A DNA stretch of 64,000 nt from Camelus ferus (Eukaryota), in the NCBI RefSeq assembly GCF_009834535.1, contig NC_045697.1, positions 17,300,001-17,364,000 of the forward strand. The letters run 5' to 3'. Below, piece after piece: positions 9,911 to 22,052 of this stretch. Under the pieces are notes generated by a model. It did no database searches. It was not told where the DNA came from and was given only the letters and a program-made list of their open reading frames with translations. Positions within the stretch are counted from its first letter, which is position 1. Each line of letters starts with the position of its first letter. A program made the position numbers and the translations under genes.

Positions 9911-12689
9911 GCTCTGTGGTTGACATTACAGAGGACACATGACCTCTCTGTAGTCTTGAAGGAGCTCATAATCTGTTTAGAGAAAAGGAACATTATGTGT
10001 AAAACCACAAAGAAAATATATAGTAACAAATGAAGTTAATTGCAGGTTCTTATCTGCAGGCAACGGAACTGACTTCAATACTTTAAGCAGACGATCTGCC
10101 ATAATTCATATCATTCCTTGGTAGGGGTGGCCAGAGACTTGGGTTTGGATGCTACTAATAGGAACAAAGCAGCCAGAAAAAGAAGCTATATGACAATAGG
10201 GACTAGATATCAGAAAACTCTACCACCCACTGTCCGGAAGAACAAGAAGGCTGTGCCACCTCGTTGGCCAGGACACCTGATCTCCTACACTAAGCAGCAC
10301 CAAACATTGCTCACTTCTGCCTGTCAGCCTAGAGCAGGTGTGTGCACTTGGAAGTATCTTTCACATGCACGACCTCACCTGCAAAGGGGTCTGGGAAATG
10401 TAGTTTTCTACTTTCTGACCCCCAAGTACCAAAAGGTTAATGAGGAGGTGTTGTAATGGAAACTGAGGGAGTAAATTCACAGTACCTGCCATGGAGCAGA
10501 TGCCAGGAGTTTAGGGGGAGAGAAGGTAATAAAGGCTGCATGCAGATTTGATCATCTATCATGCTAGTTTGTCTGACTTGCTAAAAAATTTACAGGATCT
10601 CAATGCCAGGCGGTAAGGCGTCCGCAGAAGCCCGTGCTCTTCCAATCACTCCTGGACCAGACCTGTAAGTCCCAGGTGCCGTCTGAGGACAGATGGTGGC
10701 ACAGTGTGGTTGTCTACAGGAGGCAGAGGAAGAGGTCTGGACCATGTTGTGTGAAGAATAGCCTTGACACCTCCCTCCCCTTCAGCACCCATATCTACTA
10801 TCTCCTTCCCTTAAACTTCCCATTTTTCTCCATTTCTTCCTCTACATCCTCTGTCCAGCCACTTTCCTCTCTCGCCAGGACCTTACAGTAGCCCCCTGCC
10901 TGTTTTTCGGTCTCCACTCTCATCCTCTATCTGCCATTCCAACAGAATAAGCTTTCAAAGCACAAGTCTAACCATGGCTTCCCCTCAGTGGCTTCCACTC
11001 CTCTTTGGATCAAAGCCCCAGTTCTTAAAAGGACCCCTTCCAATTCCTCCAGTCTAGCCATCCTCCCCCTCCCCAAGTCTAGCAGGATTTTCTCTGATCC
11101 CGTGAGGCCTAAGAAGCCACAGGAGCCCTCACAACCAGATACCGTGTCCCTCCCCAGTCTCATCTCCAGTGACTTTCTCCTCTGCTCCTCTTCCCAGGGC
11201 TCCCAGCCCACCCGGCCTGGGTGCTGCCAACACTGCCATCCAGAGAATCAGATTCTCCACGTGGGCATCACTTTGCCCCTGTTGTTCCATCTGCCTGGAA
11301 TGCCTTTCCGACCTTTCTCCCCGGCAAATACCCTCTCAACATGGAGTCATGTTGGACATCACCTCTGGGGGGGTGGGGGGGGAGCCCTTTGTAAGAGCCC
11401 AGAGGAATGTGTCTGTAGTCCGTTACCCTCGCACTGGTCTCATTCACTCAGATTTTCTGACCTAGCACAGGACTGACTCGATGAAAGTTAACTGAACGAG
11501 ATCGAATAAACTTAAAAAAAAAAAAAAAAAAGCAATCCCCCTCCACAGAAAGCAGTAATAAAGACAATGTGCTCTACTACCACCTTGAGACTTCAATTAA
11601 TGTGCTCTTCTCCTCGTGAGTCCTTACTTCCAAACAAACAGAACCTGACAGCCTGAATTAAATCATTTATCTTTCGAGGTCTCTGCCTTGGCTCTAACAC
11701 TAGTGAGAAAGCCCTAATATTTCATATGAAATGGGCAAAAACAGAAGCTGGGGCCCAGAACCTTGACTTTCTCTGGCTGTGCACCCCCTATATACACACA
11801 TACAGGAGGAACGCTAGTCTCCAGCCCTTCTTTTGCCTAGGTGGAATTCAATGCCAAATTACCAGACTTGGTCATTTTGTTTTCTCATGTAAACCCTAGG
11901 GAAGTGTGCGTGTGTGCGCGCATGCATACAAGGGCCTGCACGCAGGCGTGAGCCCTGACCAAGTTATCCAACTCCATATGTGAATTACACAGTGCAAACA
12001 GCTGTGGCAGTGAAGAACACAAACACAAATGCAGAAAACTTCTGCTAAATGTTATGTTCCAGTTGCTTCGTATACACTGTAATGCCTTCTGATTTAGAGT
12101 GACCTATGGGTTTCCAAGCGTGGGCCAATGAGGAAACAAAAGACTGTTTCCACTCTGCCCTGTGTAATTAAATACCCAGATGAAGTTTTCCCCGGTTCTG
12201 CTTTCAGAGCCAAACCAGGCTTGTTTGCATTCCATCATCATATATAAACACCCACAGGCCAGGATAATTTACCTCTGCTGTTCTAGCATTAGCCCCTTAA
12301 ATCAGGGCGCCCTGAACCACATTTAAGCATATCAGAAGGGCCTCTGGTTGTGAAGCCTGCAGTATTTATTTTTCTTTAAATCATAACAAAAATATTCTCC
12401 TTACAGTCCACTATTTGGAAAGGGATAACATGGATACAGACACGCCGTAGATAATTCTCGAATCAGGTCTATGGATTCAAACATCTTTTTTTTCTTCAAA
12501 CCTTTGTCTCAGAGCTGCTAAGTAGTCACTAAAGAGAGTGGTTTGGAGGTCGCTTCTACCGGCTTCCCCTGCCGAGGTCTGGAGAGTGAGATGCCAGCAA
12601 AGTGGGAGAAGGCATGGGGGCCAGGCAGGAGGGAAGGCAGGCGATGGGGGAAACCTGGGGGACACAACACAGCAGACTGACTCGACCAG

Positions 12690-12850
12690 GGTTTCTCAGG
12701 CTTGACCACACATGTGAACTACCTGGGGACCCTGTCACCCACCGTGCAGACTGTGGTGGAGTTGGCCAGGGCCTGAGAGCCTGCGTTTTCTAGCACGCTC
12801 GTGGGTGATGCTGATGATGCTGAGCCCACAATTCAAATGATGTACTTTAG
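12690..12850. mobile_element. MER5A-like hAT-Charlie DNA transposon fragment
   Basis: gggcctgagagcctgcgttttctagcacgctc...ggtgatgctgatgatgctg. Confidence 0.6.
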
Positions 12851-15089
12851 ACCTTAGGCCCTGAATCAGATGGGTGGGCCTGGCTGGGAACCGCCTCCTT
12901 GGCAGCTGGGCACCCTAAGGCACATGACTTGACCTCTCTGGGCCCTGGATTCCTTGTCTGTTTAACAGTGATGATAGCATCTAACAGGCAGGGTGGCCAA
13001 GAGGATTAAATTGTAGAATGGGTATGAGGGGCTTAGTGCAATGCCTGGCAAGTCGCTTGTGATGGAATTGACACCAGGGCCCACGGTCCCCAATCCCCAG
13101 GAAGTGTACCTGGCCCATTTCATTATTTCATTATTTTTACTCTTAAATGACTTTTCTTGATTTTATTGTCTCATTACACAAAGTAATATGTGTTGGCTTA
13201 AAGAAAGAAAGAGAGGAAGATACAAAGAGAGGTAAAGAAGGAGGGAGGGAAGAAACAAGAGAGTAAGAGAAAACCCATCTGTATACCTCCTGTCATACAT
13301 ACACACATATTTTAAATAATAGAATTCTATTGTCCATCCCATTTCACAAGCTTTCATTTTCCTTTGATGCATCACAGTAGCAACAGAAACAAGAGTAGTC
13401 ACGTCAACAATAGCAATAGCTCATCTTCATCAGGCTCTTACTTTGTGCCAAGCACCCCTCTCACACACTAAGTACCTTACAACACGTCAGCATGAACTCT
13501 TACCAGCTTCATTTTACAGACGAGAAAACCGAGGCACAGGGAATGTCACTGACCTAGCACACTGGTCAATGGGGAATTCAGGTTGGAAATTTGACAGCCC
13601 AAGGCTTTAATTTCTCTATTCGGCACCCTTCATGGGTTCATCCTGACACGCTGTGTTATTGCCTGATTTTTACCCACTTACCGCATCAGTAACATCTGTC
13701 TGTGTCATTTCATATTTTTGCACATCACTTTACATGGCTGCATAGTATTCTATCATCCATTTTATAGATGGGAAAAGCAAGGCCTGGCTCCTCAATAGAT
13801 GGGCTGACAGTAAGGGGGACAATCATGCCCGGTCTGGGGTCCTAAGCTCTGTCCACCTGACCATGCTCTCTACACATAGAGACACAGAGCACCTACTATG
13901 TGCAGGGTATGTACTGGTCTCAGTGAAGAATGGAAGACAATAGGATTCTTACTCTGGTGGGACTCACTGTCCAGTGAGCTGAGCCATGCAATAAAATAAG
14001 CACGCAAACACACGGACTAGACAATGTGAGATTTTGATAACTGCTAGAGAAAGAATTCCACTCTGTGTTATGACGAATGGGAGTGGTAGAGATCATTTTT
14101 GGAAGTGTTTGATGAGGTAAGATTTGACGTGATACCCAAATGACAAGAGGAGGGAACCACACAGGAATCTAGAGTCAGATTTATTTAAATTTCTTAACAT
14201 AAAAGCTTAATAGTGACTCTAGGGAATGGTACTCAGAAGTACCTACAAAATTCTCCTAAAGAACATGTGAGCCAGCACAGAATGGGTACAGCAAGGCTGG
14301 AGGGGACCTTAGACAGGCTCAGTTACCCCATCTGTAAAATGGGCTTGTGACACTTACCAAGGGCAAGGCTGCTACGAATATGAAATGGAATAACACGGGG
14401 GACATGGGACACTCCAGCTGCTGTTGACCTCAACAGTCAGTGTTTGGTTGGCCTGGCTGTTGAAGGGTCAAATCCGGGTTATTAAGACAGCAAGGGTAAT
14501 CAATAGTAGAGCAAGGAGATTCCTGAGACCTCATCTATTCAGGAGCCTGTTGGGCATTGTCACATGTCGTGATTAAGATCCAGATACTCCTTGGCACATC
14601 GTTTGCTAAGTCTCACCACCAGGGCAGCTTAGGCAATTCTGAGTAATGACTTTGGCTTCTCATTTAATCTGTTTATTCTGATAAACGGAAGGAGAGGGTT
14701 CGTTGGGCCCCCCTGACCACCTCCAACCTCTCTCAGCTCTCAGGTGGTGTCATTGTTGAGGTAGAGGCCTGGAGTGGGAAAAGAGGAGGGTTCTCACTCA
14801 CACTTCTTTGTTCACGACAACAAATAATACTAACAAGGGCTCCTGTCTTATGAGGAGCCATGGGCTAAACACTCTACATCCCTCATCTAACTTCATTGTC
14901 TTACCTCCCGTTCTCTCCATTTTACAGAGGAGGAGACTGAGGGTCCAATAGGCTCAGGAGCTGGGCCAAGGCCACACAGCCAGCCAGGCAGCTAGCTCTG
15001 GGCCAGGCCCTTTCCACATCCTCAAGCTGGTCCTCTCAGCAGGGGCTCAGCTTTCCTTGCATAAGGACCACTCGCTCCGTTTTTTCCTG

Positions 15090-16090
15090 GTCGACTCCGA
15101 CCTTGTTCGAGTTCCAGCGCCGGCACTTCCTCAGTGAAAAGCCCGAATTGTGGGCGCACCAAGCCCTGAGTCCTCCTTCACACCGCTTGTCAGCGCTACG
15201 ATGGTACAGCGGTCCTCGCGATCATGGGTCAGGAGCTTCCTGTATAAAGTCAGAGTTAAAAGCCCAGCTGGGATGCCAGGCACGTGGGGCTGAGGCCAGC
15301 GCCACCTCTTCCCAGCTGAGTGCTGGGCAAGTTAGCCAGCCTCCCTCCACCTCAGCTTCCTGGGCTATAACACGAGGAACATGGAATAACAACTTCCCAG
15401 GATGGCGGCGACGATGACTTCGACTGGTGCTGCTGACGTGCTCGGGGAGGCGCCTGCAGGAGGGCCCGGAAGGCCCACCCCTCACACTGCGGGCTCCACA
15501 GGGCAGGACTGTGCCCGGCCCGGCGCCCAGAGGGGCAGGCCTGCCACCAGTATCCGGAGGACTCAGGAAGGTACTGTGGCATCATCTCGTTTTACAAACC
15601 AGCGGATGAGTTCCTGTCCCAGGCCTCCCGGCTTGTGAGAGGCCGCGCTGAGCCTGGCCCTGCCTCCTGTGCGCATGCCCACTCCCCGCCCCCGCCCCCG
15701 CCACGCCAGGCGCCGGCCTTCGGGGCTTTTCTCCCCGTCTGTGGGGTCGAAGCCCACGGTGCGGTCCGGGTGGGAGAGGTGGCAGGGGCGCCGCAGAAAT
15801 TTCGGAGGAAACGTTCCGAGGGAGGCACATCGTCACATGCTCTCCATAGCCCCCAGCCCCCAGCCCAGGGGCCCCGCAAGGTTCACCTCGCCCCATGTCC
15901 CGAGCAGCTGGAAGCAAAGCTGGCAGCAGAGGGGCTGAAGGGCACTCCCGGGAGGGGGACAGACCTCCCTGCACCCCCACCCCGGGCAGTGGGATCTCCC
16001 GCCAGTTCTGGGGCTCCTGGGCACAGAATGAGGACGGGGGACCTCCCGGCTCTCAGCCACCCTCACTCGCCTGCGACCCGCGCCTAATGA
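15090..16090. promoter_or_regulatory. Small orphan CpG island with GC boxes, partly built on MIR remnants
   Basis: Locally high GC and CpG. CCCCGCCCCCGCCCCCGCC at 15684-15702 and TGCGCATGC at 15670-15678. No recognisable coding exon. Confidence 0.65.
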
Positions 16091-17497
16091 TTTCCTGTGA
16101 AAGCTCCACCAGGGGTGTTTTCCTGTGTCTTCAGAGTTAGGACTAATCCAGCCAGACCGTCTCCATTCCCCTCCTTTCACCCTCTCGCACCAGACCAGCC
16201 CGGCCTTTTTTTTTCTCTCTCTCTCTCTCGATTTTAAGAGCCTTGCAGACACAAAGATCCTTTTAGCTTTTAACATATTTAATAATTTATTATTTATCTG
16301 ATATTTTGGTAAATGTATTCCTCAGATCGTGCCTTTGCATCTCCAGTTTCCAATTTGCACCTACCTGACATGGTTTATATTACAATCCATTGATGCTCTT
16401 AAGGCAGGGTTTCCTCTTTTAACACTTCTTTAGAGTCCTAATGAACTTCTATGCTTCATTTACTCAAGAAGACAGCTCTCTCCCCCTTTTACATTTTCCT
16501 GCTCACAGGCATACAAATCATATGTGTCACTAATACAGTGTTGGTTTTCCCTGCGTTAGTTCTTTTTTTAAACATGTTTGCCCTTCAGCTTGCTATTAAC
16601 CAGTTTCTTCCTACTTTGAAAAACTTGCTCTTTTAAATTTCATCATTCAGTTTTTTCCTCAGGGATTTTACCCTTTATTAAGAAGTCAAAACCAATTTTG
16701 GAGCAATCATAGACATCAAATTGTCTCATGAATCTTTTGTATCCTCCACAGCTCCTGACACAGGGGTGGGCACACCACAGAGTCACAATAAATACCTGTT
16801 GCCACCAAGATGGTCAATAAGGGACTTTTAGAAAGGCAGGCTGGTGCCCTGGTTGAGTACATGGGTGGGAAATCCGACCGTGTGGGTTTGTTTGAATGCT
16901 GTTTTTCATCCCTTATGAGCTGTGTGACCTCAAGCAAGTTACTCAAATGCTCTGTGTTTTTTAGTTTCCTCAACTCTAAAATGGAATGAGAGTCATTCTA
17001 CCATCTTCCAAGGCTTGTTGCAAGGATTCAATAACTAAAGCACTTACCATGGTTCCTGGCAGAGCAAGCTCTGAATAAACTAACTTTTGTTATCACTGAC
17101 TGCCTACTATTTGCAAGACTTTTAGATATTAGAGATTACCTTGGATCACAGATAGAATCAAGCAAAGCCTTTACCTTTCCCCTGGCCTCAACATGAAGAA
17201 CCATGCATGATAAAGGTAATACGATCTTGCTCCTGGTTGTCTACACAAGCAATCAGGTGGGTGGAGATGGCCCCTCTGTGGGGTCAGCATCTGTAAAATG
17301 GGAATGAGGCTTTGTCTCTTGCTGGGAAAGCATCTACAACCCTTGTTCTCAGATCTAAAACCTTCATTTAAATAATTGCTTGACTCATTCCTCTACAACG
17401 AATTGCCCACACACTAGTTCAGAACAGTTACTAACAAGCCAAGAGCAGAAGCTATCCAGTCCTAAGGATGGGTCAACTCAGGTGGCAGAGGCAGAAA

Positions 17498-17516
17498 TGC
17501 CCACTAGGGGGCGAGC
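17498..17516 (+). promoter_or_regulatory. CTCF motif
   Basis: TGCCCACTAGGGGGCGAGC closely matches the CTCF core CCASYAGRKGGCRS. Adjacent CpGs are retained in an otherwise CpG-poor background. Confidence 0.65.
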
Positions 17517-18539
17517 GCGTTCACTCATTGTCCAGGAACCGGGAAGGGAAAGCTGGCGTGTCCCAGGCACATGCTCCAGGCCCTTCTCTGTGTGCACTAC
17601 TGCCTATAACCTCCCACTGTCCCAGCTCAGGAAGTTGTATTAACTCCATATCAGAACCGTGAAATCTGAGGCTAACCTGCCCAGGATCACAGAGCTGAGA
17701 GGAGAAGCTACGATGGAACCCAGATTTCTCCACTCTGCCAGGCTGCCCCAAGATCCCAGGACAGGGCAGCACTCAGCGTTGCCTGGAGGAAAGGAAGATG
17801 ACAGACACCTGAAATATGGACACTGACCAAAGGGTGGGTCACGCGCATCTCCCCTCAAAAGGAGCACAGATCTCTGTTTCCCAAAGTGTGTCCCATGGAA
17901 CATAAGTCCTGGGAGGTGCTCTGTAAGAAGGGCCTGGGGTCATACAGTCTGTGAAATGTGGCATTCACTATTCTCTCTGAAATGCAAAGTATGCATTAGT
18001 TTGTTAAAGGTTCTGAGAAGTCCTGCAGTAAAGACAATTGCTTGACTTTAAGAATCAGCATTTCCCTGGCCTGACATCAGGGTTTTTAGCTACATACGAC
18101 ATCTGTGGGTGTTCACTTTGAGAAATGCTGGTTTTGGCAAATAAGGAACAAAATGAAAGTGAAGAAATGGAACTTAACACACGTGAATAATGAGTTGACA
18201 CAGATGTCTCGAAGACAGAGGAAAATGTGCCCAAGCAAGAGACTCATGGAAAGTCTGGGTTATCAAACAAATCGAACCAGAACCATAAAGAAACCTAAAG
18301 TCTATATGATATGAAAAAACATTTTAGGATGACTCCCAAATATAATCCAGAAGACAAAATAAAATGGTGACCAAGCTGCTTCATACTGTGGGGTACAAAA
18401 TCTGTATTTCATTAGTTCATGCTCAGAGATAAGAGCTTAGCATGGAATGAGTTTATTCATGAGGCTGCTGTGTTCACCAGCATGATCAGATGTTTGCTAA
18501 TACCCTGCAGTGGGTGGCTCAGAAAAGTACAATCCATGT

Positions 18540-19170
18540 GACACTATTTACCACAGACAAGACACGGAGACAACCTACATGTTCACCGAGAGATGAATGG
18601 ATAAAGAAAATGTGATATATATACAATGGAATATGATTTAGCTATAAAAAAGGAGGAAACCCTGCCATTGGCAACATGGATGAAACTTGAGGGCATTATG
18701 CTGAGTGAAGTAAGTCAGACAGAGAAAGGGAAATATTGCATGATTTCATTTATAGGTAGAAACTCAAAAAAAAAAAAAAACCCTCAAAGAAAAGGAGATC
18801 AGATTTGTGGTTACCAAAGGTGGTGGTGGGGGTGGGTGTGAAGGAATTGGATGAAGGTGGTCAAAAGGTACAAATCCCCCCCCCCACCAAAAAAGGTACA
18901 AACTCCCAGTTATAAGATAAATAAGTACTGGGGATGTAATGTATAACAACATGATAACTATTTAATGCTGCTGTACAGTGTATCTGAAAGCAGCTAAAAG
19001 GGTAAACCCTGAAAGTTTTCATCACAAGGGGAAAAATTAATAACTATACGAAGTGCTGGTTATTATCTAACTTACTGTGGTACTCATTTCACAGTCTATG
19101 TACATCAAGTCATTCTGTAGTACACCTTAAACTCATTCAGTTGTACTATGTCAATTATAACTCAGTATAA
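18540..19170 (+). mobile_element. L1 (L1MA/MB-type) ORF2 end and 3'UTR fragment
   Basis: gatgaatggataaagaaaatgtg...acatggatgaaacttgagggcattatgctgagtgaagtaagtcagacagagaaag. ORF 18626 (WMKLEGIMLSEVSQ) resembles the L1 ORF2 C-terminus. Confidence 0.9.
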
Positions 19171-19469
19171 CCAAACAATAAGAATTTAAACCAGTTCTTA
19201 ACAGAGGATTACTCAGTATAACAAGCTCAAGAGAACTTGAAATAGATTTTTTAAATCAATAAATAAATAAATGAAAGTCATCAAAACACAGAAAAACAAG
19301 GAAAGGAAGGGAGGGAGGGAGGAAGGATGGAAAGAAGGAAGGAAGGATAGTTCACAAGGGACAGCTGCAGGACTGACCCTGAGAAGACCCACAGTCAGCA
19401 CCAAAGCCCAGCAGCTTTTGCTGACCTCATGCCTCAGGACATAAAATAAAAACAACAGTCACTGTTCCT

Positions 19470-19900
19470 GGAGGGTTAAGGTACATGCAAATCCTTTGAT
19501 ACTTCTCCTTTCAGTACATCTGGTCTAATTTCCCTCCCATTGGATCAGAACTGGCCCTAGTGACCTGCCTGACCAAGAAAACGCAGCAGGAAGAATGTCC
19601 TGGGACGTCTGAGGCTAGATCCAAAGCAGTGCAGCTTCCATCAGCAGTATTTGGGAACACGCTCTTGGACCCCAGCCCCTCTTCTGTGAGGAAGACTGAG
19701 CAGCCCCGTGGCGCTCTGGCTGAGCTTCAGCCACGTGAGCCAGCTACCCTGGACGTGGATCTGTCAGCTCCAATCCGGCCACCTCAGCCATGCCCTGCCC
19801 GAACAGCCTGACCCTACACACCTGGAATACAGTACAATGGGCTGTTTGAAGCCCCTCAATTTGAGGTCATTTGTTAAAGAGCAACAGGTAACTGGGACAC
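19470..19900 (+). mobile_element. MLT1 (MaLR) LTR
   Basis: ctggccctagtgacctgcctgaccaa...tgtttgaagcccctcaatttgaggtcatttgttaaagagcaacaggtaact...aca (3' end). Confidence 0.65.
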
Positions 19901-21229
19901 AATTTTATTGAGCTACTACTATATGAGAGGTGCCAAAGTAGGTAGGTGGTGGTGTCTGTTACCCCTGTCATCTTCACAAGACCCTCCATGGTGTCAATTT
20001 TTAATCTTACAAATGTGAGAATTAAGACTTTGGCTTTGGGCAAACTAAGAAACTCACCCAAAGTCCCACAGGAACCCTGTTTCGTCTGTCTCCAACATCT
20101 TTAATGACGAGGAAGCTGTTTAGGAGAATCCCTGAAATATGCTAGGGACAAAATAGGTGGGAGAAAAGTAGAATGAATGGCGAGTTTGTGTGGGTGCAAG
20201 GGAAGGCACCTCATATTCTAAAATAAAATAAAGTAAAATAAAAGTGGAGAATTTTCGTGAAAACCTGTGCTCCCTCTGGCTTCAGGTTTATAACTGCTAG
20301 GGGACTGAAGAGGAAAATGGACGGAGGGAGTATTTTCACAACGTTAAACATTTTTTTCCATTAAATTACCAAGGCTAGCACACCAGCTGTGCCCTGACGT
20401 TCGTCTTCAATAACAGCGCTCATGGATTTAGCGCCTACTATGTGTGGCCACTGCTTCACCTGTCACCTGTCAGGGAGCCCCAGGCACATTTCCTTACATG
20501 TGCTTTCAAGCTTACAAACAACGATTACCCACATGCTCGTTTCATCGTAAGAACAGATGCTTTTCCTGGGGAGCAAACAGTGCCAAATTAATCAACAAAT
20601 AATTCATATTTATCAGGCACTACCTAAGTGATTGAGATATATGATCCTTCCTTGCTTCCCCCTCCCCCCCAACTCCACTGGCTTGCTAATTTCCTTTCTT
20701 TCTTACTTAACAGTTCACACTGTAATGGCTTGTCCATGATTCCCTCATGAGTCTGTAAGCTTCTCTTGATACACCAAGAGCTTAAGTGCCTCTAGTGGGA
20801 AAGGTGGATGGAAGGGTGGATGGATGGATGGAAGGACTATAGGTACAGTTAAGCGGTTAACAGTAGTTAAGACTGGAATTAGGGAAAAACAAATCTGCCC
20901 CTCCCGGGAGGCCCTGGTGGAGCCACTTGATTAGAGCCATCGGATTCACCTTTGTCCTCTGCCCACCACAGTGGCCCAAATCCCTCCAATTATGATTTGA
21001 AAAAGCTGCTGGCCTTGGACTTCTTCCCCACTTGCAAAGTAGAATTAATGCCGATTTCCTGTTGGCAACCCATCGTGTGTTTGAAGTATTCCTTGATGTA
21101 AGCAGAGTGCCCTCATTTTAATGAAAGATTCAAGGAAGAAATACACAAACTACACCAAGAATACAGGTGAAGGGGGAGTGTCATTTAGTTAGACGATTCG
21201 CATCACAAGCCAAGATCTTTCCTTCCTTC

Positions 21230-21520
21230 AACAGATATTTCATGGAGCCCCTATTTTGTGTCAAAGGGAACAAAACAAGTCTCTGCTCTCATATATAAAT
21301 AAAAATATACATTTATATGTGTATATTAGGTAATCAGTGCTATGAAGAAAAATAAAGCAAGGTAAGACGAAATACAGTGATTGACAGGAGTGTGTATTAT
21401 TTGAAATGGGCCTCTCTGAGAAGGAGGCATATGGTAGAGAGAGACCTAAGAAGGTGAATAATGTGGGGAGAAACCCAGGCAGGTAACTGGGGGGAAAGGG
21501 TGTTTTAGGAAGAAGGAACA
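21230..21520. mobile_element. L2 LINE fragment
   Basis: agtgctatgaagaaaaataaagcaagg...ggcctctctgagaaggaggcat...agagacctaagaagg. Confidence 0.6.
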
Positions 21521-21575
21521 AGAGGGCATTACCATATCAGTTTATAACTTTTTCATAAAGCACGTGATATAGGTT

Positions 21576-22052
21576 GTATTAGCTTCCTATTGCTGCTGTA
21601 ACAAATTACTACAAAATCAGTGGCCTAAAATAAAACATATTTACTATCTTACAGTTCTAGAGATCAGAGGTCCAAAATGGGTCTTACAGGCTAAAATCAA
21701 GGCTTCAGCAGATCTGTGTTCCTTCTGTAGGCTCTAGGGCAGAAGCTGTTTCTTTGACTCCTCTAGCTTCTGGAAGCCACCTGCATTCCTTGGTTTGGGG
21801 CACTTTCCTTAAATCACTCCAAACTTTCTCTGCGTCAGTCATCAAGTCTCCTACTCTGTAATCCTCCTGTCTCCTTGTTATAAGGACCGTTATGGTTGCA
21901 GTGGACCCACCAAAAAATCCAGGATAATCTGCTCATCTCAAAATCCTTAAATCTTATCTGCAAAATCCCTGTTGGGGTGTAAGGCAATAAATTCACAGGA
22001 TGCAGGGATTAGGAAGTAGACAACTTGGTGTAGGGGGTCGTTATTCAGCCCA
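21576..22052 (-). mobile_element. MLT1 (MaLR) solo LTR
   Basis: Begins tgtattagcttcctattgctgctgtaacaaattactacaaa...agtggcctaaaa, the reverse complement of the MLT1 3' end. Confidence 0.85.

Noticed and set aside
11490..11531. AATAAA followed by a poly(A) run, suggesting a processed pseudogene end
   Set aside because: No target-site duplication or upstream coding similarity was seen; it looks like an L2 tail with an A-run.
15103..16276. ORF cluster including MAATMTS... at 15402
   Set aside because: The ATG lies inside a GC-shifted MIR remnant; there is no recognisable domain or convincing exon structure.
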